Of a stretch of 64,000 nucleotides of DNA, positions 28,962 through 42,339 are shown piece by piece. The notes beneath the pieces were generated by a model. It saw only the letters and a list, made by a program, of their open reading frames with translations, was not told where the DNA came from and searched no databases. Source of the stretch: the human T2T-CHM13v2.0 reference genome, Homo sapiens; NCBI RefSeq assembly GCF_009914755.1, contig NC_060930.1; one strand, 5' to 3'. The translations under genes and the position numbers were made by a program. The number at the start of each line of letters is the position of its first letter. The stretch's first letter is position 1.

Positions 28962-29578
28962 TGCTCTAGTTTCCCAGGGCTGCTGTAACAAAATGCCATT
29001 GGATTGCTTAAAACAACAAATATGTATACAATATATATTTATTATATTATTATATATTATATTTATAATAAATTATAATGTATTTATTAAATATATATAA
29101 TAAATTATATTTATTATATTAATATATAATATAATATATTGATAATATAAATTATATAATATATAATACACACATACACATATATAAATATATGTATTTA
29201 ATTTTTCTCATACTTCTAGAGGCTGTAAGTTCAAAATCAAGGTGTTGGCATAGTTGGTTCCTTCTGGGAATTTAGGGAGGCCGTGTGTTCCATGCCGCCA
29301 GCCTCACTTCTGATTGTTGCCAGCCACCCTTGGCTTGCGGCGTCATTACCCCAAACTCTGTTTCCGTGGCCGCCTTCTCCCTGTGTCTCTCCCTTCTTCT
29401 TTACAAGGGTTGCATTAAGGGTCCACCTTTTTCTCCAGGATGATTCATCTTAACTAATTATATCTGCAACAACCCTATTTTGAAGTAAGGTCATATTCTG
29501 AGGTACTGTGGGTTAGGAGTACCCCAGTACTCCTATTTGTTGAACAACAAATCATTTTGGGGTACACAATTCAATAAT
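28962..29578 (-). mobile_element. MLT1B/C MaLR LTR with internal AT-rich expansion (29020-29200)
   Basis: agggctgctgtaacaaa...cttaaaacaac...aatcaaggtgttggca...aaggtcatattctgaggtact. Confidence 0.8.
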
Positions 29579-29635
29579 GCTTGGCTTTTTAAAAAACATA
29601 AACATAATTAGTAAATGGACAACAATGCGAGTGAA

Positions 29636-29914
29636 TTTTTTTTTTTTATTTCAATAGCTTTTGGGGTATGTGTGGGTTTTTTTGTTACGTGGATGAATTA
29701 CATAGTGGTAAATTCTGAGATTTTAATGCACCAGTAACCCAAATAGTGTACATTGTATCTAATGTGCAGTTTTTATCCCTAGCCCCCCTTCCAGCCTCCC
29801 CCTTCTGAATGTCTAAAGTCCGTTACATCACTCTGTATGCCTTTGCGTACTCACAGCTAAGCTCCCACTTACAGGTGAGAACATACGGTTTTCGGTTTTC
29901 AACTCCTCTGTTAC
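29636..29914 (-). mobile_element. L1PB 3' end, 5'-truncated
   Basis: tttcaatagcttttgggg...agctcccacttacaggtgagaacatacgg; TSD gc(g/a)agtgaatttt at 29627-29639 and 29915-29927. Confidence 0.9.
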
Positions 29915-30329
29915 GCAAGTGAATTTTAAATGAGATCATGTGCCTTGGCTTTGTTCAGAGAGGTCAGTTCAATTACCTTGATGACAAGATTGAATTGTTC
30001 AGGTATCTAAGAGCAATGGAAAGAAAAACTGAGTTCATAAGTAAAATAACACATAGGACTTGGTAATGCACATTTACAATTCAGTATTATTGTTCAGGCT
30101 TCTATCTTTTCTAAATCATCGATTGATGCTTTAGATCAGAAAATTAAATTTGATTTACATATTTTATTTCTTAAGACTTATTAAAGCATGGGACTAATGA
30201 AATGATTATTTCTTAGAATCTGAATGCAGGCATCTATAACAATTTTTGGAAAAATACTCCACGATTTTCTTGGCAGGTTTTGGAACCTTGAAATGTGAAA
30301 AAGCAGCACACAGGTGCGCATTAAACAGG

Positions 30330-30900
30330 TGCTTTAGACAGTACGTATGAGTAGTTCAGAGGAAGGAGAGAGCACCAGGGCCAGTAGGGCTCCTACCTGG
30401 AGGAGGAGGCACCTGAGCTGTGCTCAGAAGGTGGCCAGTATTTGGATAGTCTAGCTAGAGAGCATCTGATATGAGCAAAGGCAGGAAATGACACGTTTGT
30501 AGGGAGGATCAGAGATAGCAGGAACATATAGGAGAAAACAGGAGTTATTATTGCTGAGTGGTTGAAACTGATATGAAAGACCTTGAATGTCAGCCTAAGA
30601 AGAGTTCAGATATTACACAGGTGAACAAGAGGTTTCTGAGCAAATAATACGATCAAAGCTGTGTGGCACCCTATACAAGATAAAAGAGGCAATGGATTGA
30701 TGAGGGCTTATTACAATAGTCTAGTCATCACAAAAAGAGGTGCTGAGCAACATGACAGAGTGATGGGGTAGCATTAAATGAGTAGGATTGGATCAAAAGA
30801 AGTTTGATGATCTTGGTGACTGGAGTTATGAGACAGGGAAAATCATGAAGGAGAAAAAGATAACCCAATGTAGCAACAAGAGTGAGGGAGAAGAGGAAGA
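30330..30900 (-). mobile_element. L2 internal fragment
   Basis: agaggaaggagag...gagcaaaggcagg...accttgaatgtcagcctaag...ttacaatagtctag. Confidence 0.55.
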
Positions 30901-31008
30901 AGGCAGACATAAATACAAGGAAGGATCACAGGTCAAATTCCAGCTAATTACAATTAGAGTGAAGACTAATTCATCAATTCTATTTGAATTCGTCAAGATA
31001 GAATAAGG

Positions 31009-31304
31009 GGCCAGGCGCAGTGGCTCACTCCTGTTAATCTCAGCACTTTGGGAGACCGAGGCAGGCAGATCACCTGAGCTCAGGAGTTCAAGACCAGCCT
31101 GGCCAACATGGTGAAACCCCGTCTCCACTAAAAATGCAAAAATTAGCTGAGCATGGTGGCGGGTGCTTGTAATCCCAGCTACTCTGGAGGCTGGGGTAGG
31201 AGAATCTCTTGAACCCAGGAGGCAGAGTTTGCAGTGAGCCAAGATCGCGCCACTGCACTCCTGCCTGGACAAGAGCAAAAGTTCATCTCAAAAGAAAAAA
31301 AAAA
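31009..31304 (+). mobile_element. AluS (Sq/Sx-like)
   Basis: Full Alu. Confidence 0.95.
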
Positions 31305-31319
31305 GGATAAGGTATCCAT

Positions 31320-31630
31320 GGTTACAAATAAACACCCATATTTCAATAGCTTAACACAACCAAGATTTATTATGTGTTCATGCTGTATATCCAGTGCTTA
31401 TTAGACGGGAACTCGTTTCCACTGATTCATTCAGGTGGATCCAGGATAACGGGTATTGCACCATGTTGTGATGCTGCCACCTCAACATGGAGCTGTATGA
31501 GAGGAAGAAAGAGCATGTGCCACTCACATCACTCTTAACTGCATCTAGCCCATTTGCCAGAACTAGTCACATAGCCCCAACCCAATTGCAAGAGAGGTAA
31601 TTGGAAAATTGGTAATTTTAAAAGGTAGGG
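31320..31630 (-). mobile_element. Old MLT1 (K/L-like) fragment
   Basis: tagcttaacacaaccaagatttatt...ttgccagaactagtcacatagcccca. Confidence 0.55.
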
Positions 31631-32154
31631 GAAGCTCATGAACTATCTGGTCAGTTAGACCTGACCTGGGGAAAGAAGAGAAATTAAAAATGGGTTGAGT
31701 AATCAGATATGAACTAAGGAAGGAGGAAAAGTTTCAAATTGTTTGAAATCTTGGCATTTTGACATCACATTGTCCTGGACTTTCTTCCCTCTGGAAGAGA
31801 CAAAGGACTCATTATCTGAGAGAGAAGCCAATAGTTCTAGGACATGCTGATACTTTACCAAGGTGCAGGAAGACATGGACCCACACAGCAAGGTTTGCAG
31901 AAGCAGTGGTGAAAAAAAAAAAGTTTATTTTTCCTTGCACTCTATAAAATCTATCTCATTCAATAAGCCTATACATGTAAATATCTCTGTGACACTAATA
32001 CATAAGTCATAGGTTGGTAAATATGATTTACATTGTAAATAAAAATTCTAATATAATATTGAATCCTTGTTAATTATTTTCATTGGTGATTGATTTGATG
32101 GGTGATTATGTTTTTAGGAATTTAAAGTGTGTGTAATCAGATATCCATTAATTA

Positions 32155-32650
32155 AAACTATTTAAGTGAGTGCCTATATTTGAGTATCCACAGTACCCTA
32201 CCAAAAATCTTTACGCTACTTTTTCAAGCCTTTTACATATGAGAGAAAGAAGCAGACAAATAACTAATCTTAAGACAGTGTGACAAGTGCTATAAAAGGA
32301 ATGTAAATAGTAATATTAGATCAGAGAGTAAGGGTACATTACCTCCCCTCCGTGGAAAGATCCAGAAGGCCTCCCTAGAAGGTGATACTTAATCTAATGT
32401 TTGATGTTTTTATTTAACCATTAACCAGAATGGGTTGAAAAAGGGTGAAGGTTATTCTTGGAAGCAAAGCTATTTAACCCAAAGTCATGCAACAGAAGAA
32501 CCCAACTTCTCAGAGAGCTGTAAATATCCAGCTTGGTAAGAGTATTAGGTAATATTCAGTGGTGATGGGGAATGAGACTGGAGGTACTCAGAACATAGAT
32601 TGGAAATAGACCTGTGTGACATGTTAAGGAAACTGGAGAATGTTTTAAGC
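32155..32650 (-). mobile_element. L2 fragment
   Basis: tatttaagtgagtgccta...gtgacaagtgctataaaagg...gaaggcctccctagaagg. Confidence 0.55.
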
Positions 32651-33063
32651 CATTGAGAGTAAAATAAAAGGATTATTGCTCTTATGTTTATATATATGTT
32701 TTAAAAATAGTATAATATTTTGTAAAAACCTTTTATATTGTCACTATCCAGAGAGAATTACTAAATATATTCTGGAGTATTTTCTTCCATTATTTACATA
32801 TTTATACACTTTTTATCCTACTTCAATTTTCATATTCTACATTTTTACTTACTATTATACTGTATCTTCCAGCATCATTGAATAATTTCTGACAACATGA
32901 TTTCTAATGAGTGACCAATATTACAACAAATGACTCTATTAATTTTGTTTAACCTTTCCTTTACTGCTAACAATTGGGTTGTTCCAAATGCTTTGCATAA
33001 GCATCCATGTATAAAAATCTTTTTAATTAAAAGTGCATTTTTATGCCTTTAAGATAGAGTTCA

Positions 33064-33378
33064 GGCTGGGTGCGGTGGCTCATGCCTGTAATCCTAGCAC
33101 TTTGGGAGGCTAAGGTGGGAGGATCACTTGAGCCCAGAAGTTAGAGACCAGCCTGGGCAACGTGGCAAACCTGATCTCTACAAAAAAATAAAAAGAGCAA
33201 AATTAGCCAGATGTGGTGGAGTACGCCTGTAGTCCCGGCTACTCAGGAGGCTGAGGTGGGAGAATCACCTGAGCCCAGGGGGAGTTTGAGGCTACAGTGA
33301 GCTATGATTGCACGACTGCACTCCAGCCTAAATGACAGAGTGAGACCCTGTCTCAAAAAAAGAAGAAACAAAAAAAGA
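33064..33378 (+). mobile_element. AluJ
   Basis: gtgggaggatcacttgagccca...gaggctacagtgagctatgat; TSD aaga(t/a)agagttca. Confidence 0.93.
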
Positions 33379-33699
33379 AAGAGTTCATAAATTGAATTGC
33401 TATGTCAGAATGAGTAAATTCTTTTGAGACTATGTTTTACTAATATCTAAATTTAATTCCACAAAAATTTTGCTTATTTACACCTTTCTGTCTTGCCTCA
33501 GTAGCAGTGTAAATATTCTATTTCTTTATAGGTTTATCAGTGAGACAAATTATTTGCTTTTATTAGAAAAGCTTGTTAGATTTTTTAATAAACTAAGTTT
33601 TTAATGGACATTTTAAGAGATAATCTTTGTTAAATAAAATTTGATTTTTTAAATAAAAGAATTTTTAAATCAAAGTCCAGTGAAAAAATGTTGAGGAGT

Positions 33700-34200
33700 A
33701 TATACAAATGCAAGGAAGAAAAATTAAATAATTTCAATTCTATTTCCTATAACTAAGGACTGGCAACATATTGGTATTTAGCCCTCTAGTCTTTAAACTG
33801 TCTCTCATTAAATACGTTTAACAAAATTGAGACCTACTGGTTGTAAGTATATATTTTGCCTTTTTCATATACTGTAGAGCAAGTGTTGTATGAGATCATT
33901 AATTAGTCTTCAAAATATGGCTTGTAAGGGCTGCATAACATCTTATATGAATGGGCCGTTTTAAATAACCATTCCTGTATTATCGGCTAGTTGGTTTCGT
34001 TCTAATTTTTCATCTTCACATTAACATCTTTGTGCATGCTTCTCATGAATTCCTTGAGATAAATTGCCAAAATGGAAATGTTGAGTAAAAAGATTTGAAC
34101 ATGTTTTATGACTTTTAATTCATTTTGTAAAATGGCTTTTCAAAAAAATACTCATGAGTGGAATGAGAGGTATTGTTTCACAACATTCAGATCTTATTCA
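33700..34200 (-). mobile_element. Old L1M fragments
   Basis: ggctgcataaca...aacatctttgtgcat...ttccttgagataaatt...tgttgagtaaaa. Confidence 0.5.
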
Positions 34201-34689
34201 TATTTTAAATTTTCCTATTTGACATGTAACAATTTTTAATTCTAATTTTATTATATATAATATTTAATAGCATTTTAGGTCTTTCTGAGCAATGTTTATT
34301 TGGTCATATTTTGAGGATTTAGTGCCTTTTTTTTTTTTTTTTTTTGCTGTTCAAAGTCTTTCTCAAGACCACTAAGATTATTAACCATTTATCTGTAATA
34401 ATTATTCACAGTGCTTGTTTACCCTGTATTTCAAACTGCTGAGTTATTGGATTTTACTTGTGTCTAAGTTGGCTATCATATATCTTTCAGTAAATTTTTT
34501 AGGAAGCGTACAGGGGTACTTTCTGAGCCTTTACACATATACAATATCCCTTCTGTTGCTATCACACGTGAATAACACTTTGCAGGATACAGAATTCTTA
34601 CACTGCAATCTTTTCCTTCACAAATGTATAACTATTGTTGTTTGATATACAGAATAGTGGAGACAAAGTCTGAGGCTAGCCTTTGTATG

Positions 34690-35150
34690 TGTGATGGTTA
34701 ATTTTATGTGTCAACTTGACTAGGCCACAGGGTATCCATTTATTTGGTCAACTCTTATTCTGGGTGTTTCTGTGAGGGTAGTTTTGGATGCACTTAACAT
34801 TTAAATCACTAAATTGACTTGTTGCAAAATGTTCACTTCCTTTTGTGGATGAGCCTTATCCAATCACTTGATGGCCTGATTGGAACCCTCAAAATTTCCC
34901 TGAGTAATGGAGAGAATTCCTCCTGTGTGGTGGCCTCTAAACTGAGACATTGGTTTTTTCCTGCCTTTGGACTTGAACTAAAGTATCATCTCTTCCTGGG
35001 ACTCACACCTACCAGCCTTCAGTTCATACTGGAACTTAAACCATTGGCTCTCCTGATTCTCCAGCCCACTGACTCAATTCCTTATAATAAATCTCTTTAT
35101 ACACACACACACACACACACACTCACATCCTATTGAGAACTCTGAGATAG
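34690..35150 (+). mobile_element. MLT2 (C/D-like) ERVL LTR
   Basis: tgtgatggttaattttatgtgtcaacttgact...attctgggtgtttctgtgaggg; internal (AC)n. Confidence 0.85.
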
Positions 35151-35579
35151 TATGTTACCATTACCTAGGTTTTTTCTTCTGCTTTCATGCCTATATAATT
35201 TATTTTCTTTATCTGTGAAATTAAAAAAATTTACTATTACCTAGGAATGGATTGCTTATAATCATTTTATTTGGAACTCAGAATGGTTTGAATGGGTGGG
35301 AAGTTGCAGGACCTCCTGCGTGAAAGCTGTTCTCTATGTGGAGTGCAGTGAGGGAGGTCATCCACTAGGAGAAAGGAGGTACTAAATTCTGTGACTTGAT
35401 GCTGTGCCTTTAGAGTTCTCATCTCTGTTCTCTGTTCCTGTCAACCCAATTGTGTTGTTTACAATGCTACTTTTCTAGCTTAGTATTGGCCTTCCACTGC
35501 TTTGATTCAGATGTGGTCTAGGTCCAGCTCTCTAATCTGAACCCCTTGCCTTTTGCGTTTAGCAATCATTTTCCATATA

Positions 35580-35976
35580 TACTCATGTGCTGCATAACAA
35601 TGCTTTGATCAATGACAGACCACATATATGACTATTGTCTCATAAGATTATAATGGAGCTAAGAAATTCCTATCACCCAGTGACATCATAGCCATTATAA
35701 TGTCATAACACAACACATTATTTCTATGTTTAGTATGTTTTGATGCACATATGCTTAACACTGATTACAATTGCCTAGCCTATTCAGTATAGCAACATAT
35801 TGTACAACATCTTTGTAGCCCAGGAGAAATAAGCTGTACCATCTAGCCTAGGTGTGTAGTAGGCTTGTACCATCTAGACTTATGTAAATACACTCTATGA
35901 TGTTTGCACAATGACAGAATTGCCCAATGGCATATTTCTTAGAACATATTCCCTTCGGTTAAGTGACACATGACTG
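35580..35976 (+). mobile_element. Tigger3/MER7 (Golem)-type TcMar element
   Basis: cataagattataatggagct...ctaggtgtgtagtaggc...gttaagtgacacatgactg. Confidence 0.8.
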
Positions 35977-36099
35977 TTTTTATGGCTTTTTTACCCAGAC
36001 TTGGATTTGAGCACGAGAATTACCTTGTATGCACCTTTCACTTAGTAGGCTATTAGTTATTTTTGTTCTCCGGTTTAAATTAAAAATAAATTGTTATAT

Positions 36100-36655
36100 A
36101 CATATATGTATATATACACATAATACAGTATTATTCAGCCTTAAAGAAAAGATAGAAATCCTGCCATTTGGAACAACATGGATGAACATGAAGGACATTA
36201 TTACTTTAAGTGAAATAAGCTAGACACAGAAAGACAAATACTGCACGGTTTCAGTTATATATGGAATCTAAAGGAAGTCAAATTCATAAAAGCAGAGTAA
36301 AATGTTGGTTGCCAAGAACTGGGGGTTGGGACAAATGTGGCGATGTTGGTCAAAGGGTGTTAAGATTTTGTTATGCACAATAAGTAAGTACTGGGAAATC
36401 TAATAGTGCACAGCATGGTGACTATAGTTAATAATAATGTATTGTATATCTGAAATGTCCTAAGAGAGTTCATCTTTAGTGTTCTCAACACACACACACA
36501 AAAACATAGCTATGTGAGATGATGAATATGTTCATTAGTTTGATTGTCGTAATCATTTCACAATGTATATGTATACCAAAACATCATGTTGTACATCTTA
36601 AATATACACAATTTTTATTTTTCAAGTATACTTTAATCAAGCTGGAAAAAAATAA
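36100..36655 (+). mobile_element. L1MA 3' end
   Basis: aaatcctgccatttggaacaacatggatgaac...aagtgaaataagc...cagcatggtgactatagttaataata. Confidence 0.9.
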
Positions 36656-37743
36656 ATTGAAATGGCTATCAAATTTTCTCTCACTGCAAAAACACACAGT
36701 TACATATTTTTAGATCTCCAACTCCTTTGGATCACTATTGATAATAATCAAATTGCTGTCTCAGGCTGGCCATCAGGCTTTGTCCTTTTAAAAAACTGTA
36801 TATATGCAGATAGGTATATAGAATTGTCATAGGCAAAGAGACAAAATTGCACAAAAATAAAAATCTTATTGAAAAATGTACCTATCCTAATGCAAATGTT
36901 TTCCAAGTGATTTTGTCAGAGATGTAAGAGAGAACACAAGTGGTTCAATGCTACTAAAATTCCGTAGTTGAAGATTTCTGTATAATTGCCTACAGCTTCA
37001 TTCAACAATAAATATTTAGTAAGACCTACTATGTGTCAGGCACTGTGGCATGTGAGACTTATCAGTGGTCATATCCATACAGATTTTTGAATTTATGCCG
37101 CCAAAGCCTGCTACCTGCATAATACACAATGAAAACCACATATTGCTGAATGTAATTTAGTATTCTATCATTCACAATAAAATTACTGCTTTACACAGAT
37201 GATATTATGCTTCATAATTACTAGAGACTTGAGTGGCTACAATCAATGTAACTGTTACATATTCAAAACACATTTTGTAGCTTATCGCTTCTCATTGTTA
37301 GGGTTGTTTTTGTAACTCATATCTCTTATGTTCTGCACAGTGTAATCCATACATAGGTATGTGCACACATCTATACATAGCCGCATTCCCTGAAAAATAA
37401 CTTGGAGTCCTACATAACTCTATAGAGAATTCTGGGAGCTCCTGTTTACACACAATGCCCTATGTTCCAGGAATGTTGGTTCTTATGGTTCTTCATATTT
37501 ACTGAGCTTATTTTCTTCTATCCAATTTCCACCTCACTCCTGAGGCTGTTAGGCAGCACCTAGCTGTTTCCCACCCATTTACTTTTATTCATGCATCAGT
37601 TACTCAACCAGTCAGTAACAAATATTTCCCACAAGCCGTGGACCACAGAACTGGATCTAGAGACACGTACAAGGCTTAATCTTCGCTCACAAGAACATCA
37701 TTGTTCAGTACCATCCAGGAAGGCTGTTCTCTTGTGTGCTGGA

Positions 37744-38107
37744 TGCCATGGCCTGAATGTTGGTGTCCCTGCAAAATTGCTGTGCTGAAATCCAACTCCT
37801 AAGGTGATAGCATTAAGAGGTGGGGTCTTTGTGGGGAGTGATTAGGTCATGAGGGCTCTGCCCTCATTCATGGCATCAATGCCCGTGTAAAAGAGGCCTG
37901 AGAGAACCTATTTGTCTCTTCCACCATGTGAGCACACATAGAGGGCACCATCTATGAGGACTGGGCCCTCGCCAGACACTGAATCTGCCGGCACCTTGAT
38001 CTTGAACTTCTCAGCCTCCAGAACTGTGAGGACTACATTTCTGTTGTTTATAAATTGTCCAGCCCAAATAAAGTATTTTCTTATAGCAGCCCAAACAGAC
38101 CAAGACA
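37744..38107 (+). mobile_element. MLT1A0-like MaLR solo LTR
   Basis: tg...gaatgttggtgtccc start, cagcccaaacagaccaagaca end; perfect 5-bp TSD ctgga. Confidence 0.9.
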
Positions 38108-39004
38108 CTGGATATCAATGGGCCTGAAGCAATGGATGATCCAATCACTGAAAAATTGCCTTAGACATCGATAGCAATAACTCTATGCTGTAAAGAGAGA
38201 GGAGACAGTTAATAATGGATTTTTAATTGCTGGAATCTGAGCCTTAGGAGACAGAAGAAGAAAAGAGTATAAAAGAAGGCAGCTGGTCTTGTGCTTGGGG
38301 AAAGAAAAGGAGAAAAAAAATCTGTCATTGCGGAAACACTTCTACAAGGTAAAGCAGTCTCTTAATCCTGAGGCTGGAACTCAAAAATAAAGACAAAACA
38401 TTGAGCAATACCTCAACACTCTCGTCATTCCTGTTAATAGGCTTATAATAAATCCAGCTGGACCAGCCCAAAGATTATTCTTCCAGAAAGAGCAGAGCAG
38501 AGCTGCACATGGAAATAAGCCCTCTATCTTCTGATACCTCAGTCTCCACATCACTCTAAAATTAGCCTTTAAGTCCTTCCTGTAAAAGTGGTATGATTTC
38601 CATGATAACAAATGATAAAACAATCCACCTTTGTAAAAACAACAACAACCAAAAACAATTACAACCACCATTTTGTTAGCCTTTCATTAAAAATTTGAAT
38701 TTAAGAGACTTAAAGCCAGAACAATGCTGAGAGCCTACTTGTACTCTAGTGGAAACTTGTTGGTAACAGACCCTTATTTGATATTTCAAGTAAAATGTAG
38801 CTTGAAATCAAGCTGAGGGGAGACACTACAAAAGCAAAAGTCAGAAAGCTTGGAGCTTCATGGTTCCAAAAGCCAACTCAGCCTGCATCACAGTTTGGTC
38901 CTTACACTATGAACTGTGAATTGTGTATGGACATGTAGAAGCTGGGTCAGAAATATTTTAAATCACAAGTTCTGGCTGCTTATTGGAAATATTGCTAAAG
39001 AAGT

Positions 39005-39375
39005 TGTATTCATCTGCTCAAGTAGTCACACCAAAATACCGTAGACTGTGTGGCTTAAGAGAAACTTATTTCTCACTATTCTGGAGGCTGAAAGTATAAG
39101 ATCAAGGTTCTGGCTGATTCAGTTTCTGGTGAGGGCTCTCTTCCTGGCTTGCAAGTGGCCATCTTCTTACTGAGTTCTCACATGGCAGAGACAGAGAAAT
39201 AAGTCTTTCTATTCCTCTTCTTAAAAGGCTACCAATCCTATCAGACTAGGGCCCCACCCTTATAACCACATTTAACCTTCATTACCTCCTAAAAGCCCTA
39301 TCTCCAAATACAGTCACACTGGGGTCTAGGGCTTCAACCTATGAATTTGAGTTGGGGGGACATATATCAAGACTG
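39005..39375 (-). mobile_element. MLT1A-like MaLR LTR
   Basis: ttatttctcactattctggaggctg...ggtgagggctctcttcctggcttgc...gggcttcaacctatgaattt. Confidence 0.88.
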
Positions 39376-40966
39376 ACTACTCGTAGATTATTTTAGCCCT
39401 GCATGTTTAATCATATTTGTAGATAGCACTGTTGAAAAATACAGAAAAATTATGATAATGAGTTACATTTTACTTGAAATAGCTTAGAATCTTAGCAAGT
39501 CCTTTTTGATATAAATTGTGGAGGGGTCAGTCACTTAGGTCTATTTCAGAGAGAAACTTTCTAAGAAATTCTCTAAATAAGATTCTTTGGTAACAAAGTA
39601 AAATGTTACCTGACTTCTCATCCCAGTATCTCAATTTTTTCCTAGGGCAAAATCTTTTTCCCTTGAAGACTGGAAATATTATCCATGTTGTCCTCCGGAA
39701 TATTTTCAATGACTTGTGCCCTGCCAGCTCTAGCTTTTGAAGGGTCTACACTCATCATCAACAGGTAGACTGGTTTTTACAAATGTTTTTACCATAACTT
39801 CATTTCCTGTTTCAAATGTGAAATGGATCAAAAATGAGAAGAGTAGTGACATAGTAAAATTGATAGGACCCATTTCAGAATGTCATTTAGACACTCTGGG
39901 AACTATTCTTTTCTCACCATGAGGCCACTTGATGTTAATGTGAGTCGTGGGAACAATTTAAGCATTCAAAATCCTTGTAAATTTAAAGAGAAACTTTCTC
40001 ATCTTAACACATTTGAAAAGAGAAAACACATAAAATATAATCGATTTGGAGTATAATTTTAAGTTCAATTATTATTGCAAACATATGTGTATAAATCAGT
40101 TCTTCACAACCCTCCACAATTCCCCTTGGTGCATTCCTCAAAATAACAGCATCTGGGGTTTTTGTTTTGTTTTGTTTTTGCTTTTGTTTTTGTCTCAAGC
40201 TCGCTTGTATTGTTATAAACATTTTTACTTTGTTGGACTGAAAGAAAGAAAACATCCTCTGAGAACTATTTTTGTCGTTGACAAATAAGAAAAGGGATTC
40301 AGTAAAGTAACAACCATAAAAAATCAGTATATTTTCTAAAAAAGATTTATTATAATGTCTTCTGCAATATGAAGACCCCTTTTAGAGTGTACTACTTATG
40401 CTGTGGTAAGAAGGTTTATTTTGTAATTAAGCAGCAAACCCTTCAATGTTTTGTGAGGTGGCAATTTTATAGATCTCCTTTTCAATCAAACAACTCAGAA
40501 ATAATTTCTAGTTCTTTAAGACACACAAAGCAAGATCATATTTTCCACATTTTGATGTTTATAAATATCTTGAATCAGGATAAAAATTCATGACTAACTC
40601 ATATCCCCAGAGTGTAGTCTTGGTTACAATAATACCACATACTCATCTCCACTTAAATATTTCATTATAGATGACGTGAAGTTAAAAATATATCAAATGC
40701 AAAAGGATGGAGAAAAAATTCGAAAGGGTAACTATGCAAGTCTGAAACTGGGGAGAAGTATTTGATTTGAAGAAGATGAGGATTATCTGTGAGATGACTG
40801 TAGATGCATGAAATCTTTTTAACTTTCCTTGGAAATAGCTAGGCTCTTCTACCAGCTTTCAGAGCTCCTAAAACTCAAGGCAATGATCCAATTTACCATT
40901 TCCTAGGTCTTGTTCTAGCCAAGACAAAAGAAAAAAAAATGTGTCTAGAACATGAATTAAGATTTA

Positions 40967-41270
<304 letters not shown>

Positions 41271-42339
41271 TTAGGAATAACAAATTATAAATATAGTAAA
41301 ATAGAATTGCTGAAATTCTACAGATACATGAACTCAACAGGGTGTCACCAATTATGAGCTGATTTCCAAGTTGATTGTTTGGAAACAATTTCCCACAGCA
41401 ATAACAATACATGTGGAATTTAAATTTCAACCCACAAGATATATACATTGTGTTATTAACAGTTAGTAGAGCCTGATCATCACGTGTGCCATTGTTTTAT
41501 GGGAAAACAAATTTCACGTTTCAATTCCCAGATGCTTCATGAGCACCTCTTTCCATAGCCCACTTTTTAGTGAGAATAAACTCTTCTTTTCTCCAGCCTC
41601 AAAGGAAATCCGAATCCTAAGGCATCATTAAAACAGGATCCCAAATCTCCATAGCAGAGGAGAGATGAGACACTGAAGCAGTTTAAAGATCGGGTTTTCA
41701 ATGCGTGACATATAACTGTCCATTTTCAGGCTGGAAAAATGAATGGCTTTCTAGGAGGCATACTGTTCAACTCACCTTTACAACTTTCAATCACTGTGGC
41801 TGAAATAGAGTCATGAAAGACAAGATGTTGATAATACTTACAAGAGAAAGAAGAAATAAAATCCCTACTTTACGTCTACTTCCTGTAACCAGATCTGAAA
41901 ACCTCAGTGACCTCTGTGGATTAAGCTGTATTTATAATTGTGGAAATTAGACACGGTGATGAAACACTGGTTCTTCCATTTTCCAGAGGCTGTTTTAACA
42001 CCACATGAGTGGGGTGTCTAATTTTTCTGACCTTTGGTTATTTTATTCATACAAGCCATGCTGACCAAATGCCTTACTGTGTTAACTAGAATGGCTTCAG
42101 TTAAATAGCAACAGTGGAGAAAAAAATAAATTAATGCCTCTTCTCAGCAGTGACCTGACATTACACTTCCTGCCTTTTCTAAACTCTCCTGTAAAATATA
42201 TACAATATTAAAATTTAAAATCCTGACATTTATAATTCTTCTAGTAATTTGTTTCTTTCTTCTGGCAGCTTAATCACTGCGGGCCTGGATTTTCTCACTT
42301 GTAAAATAAAGGAATTATGTCAAATAATATCCGAGGGTT

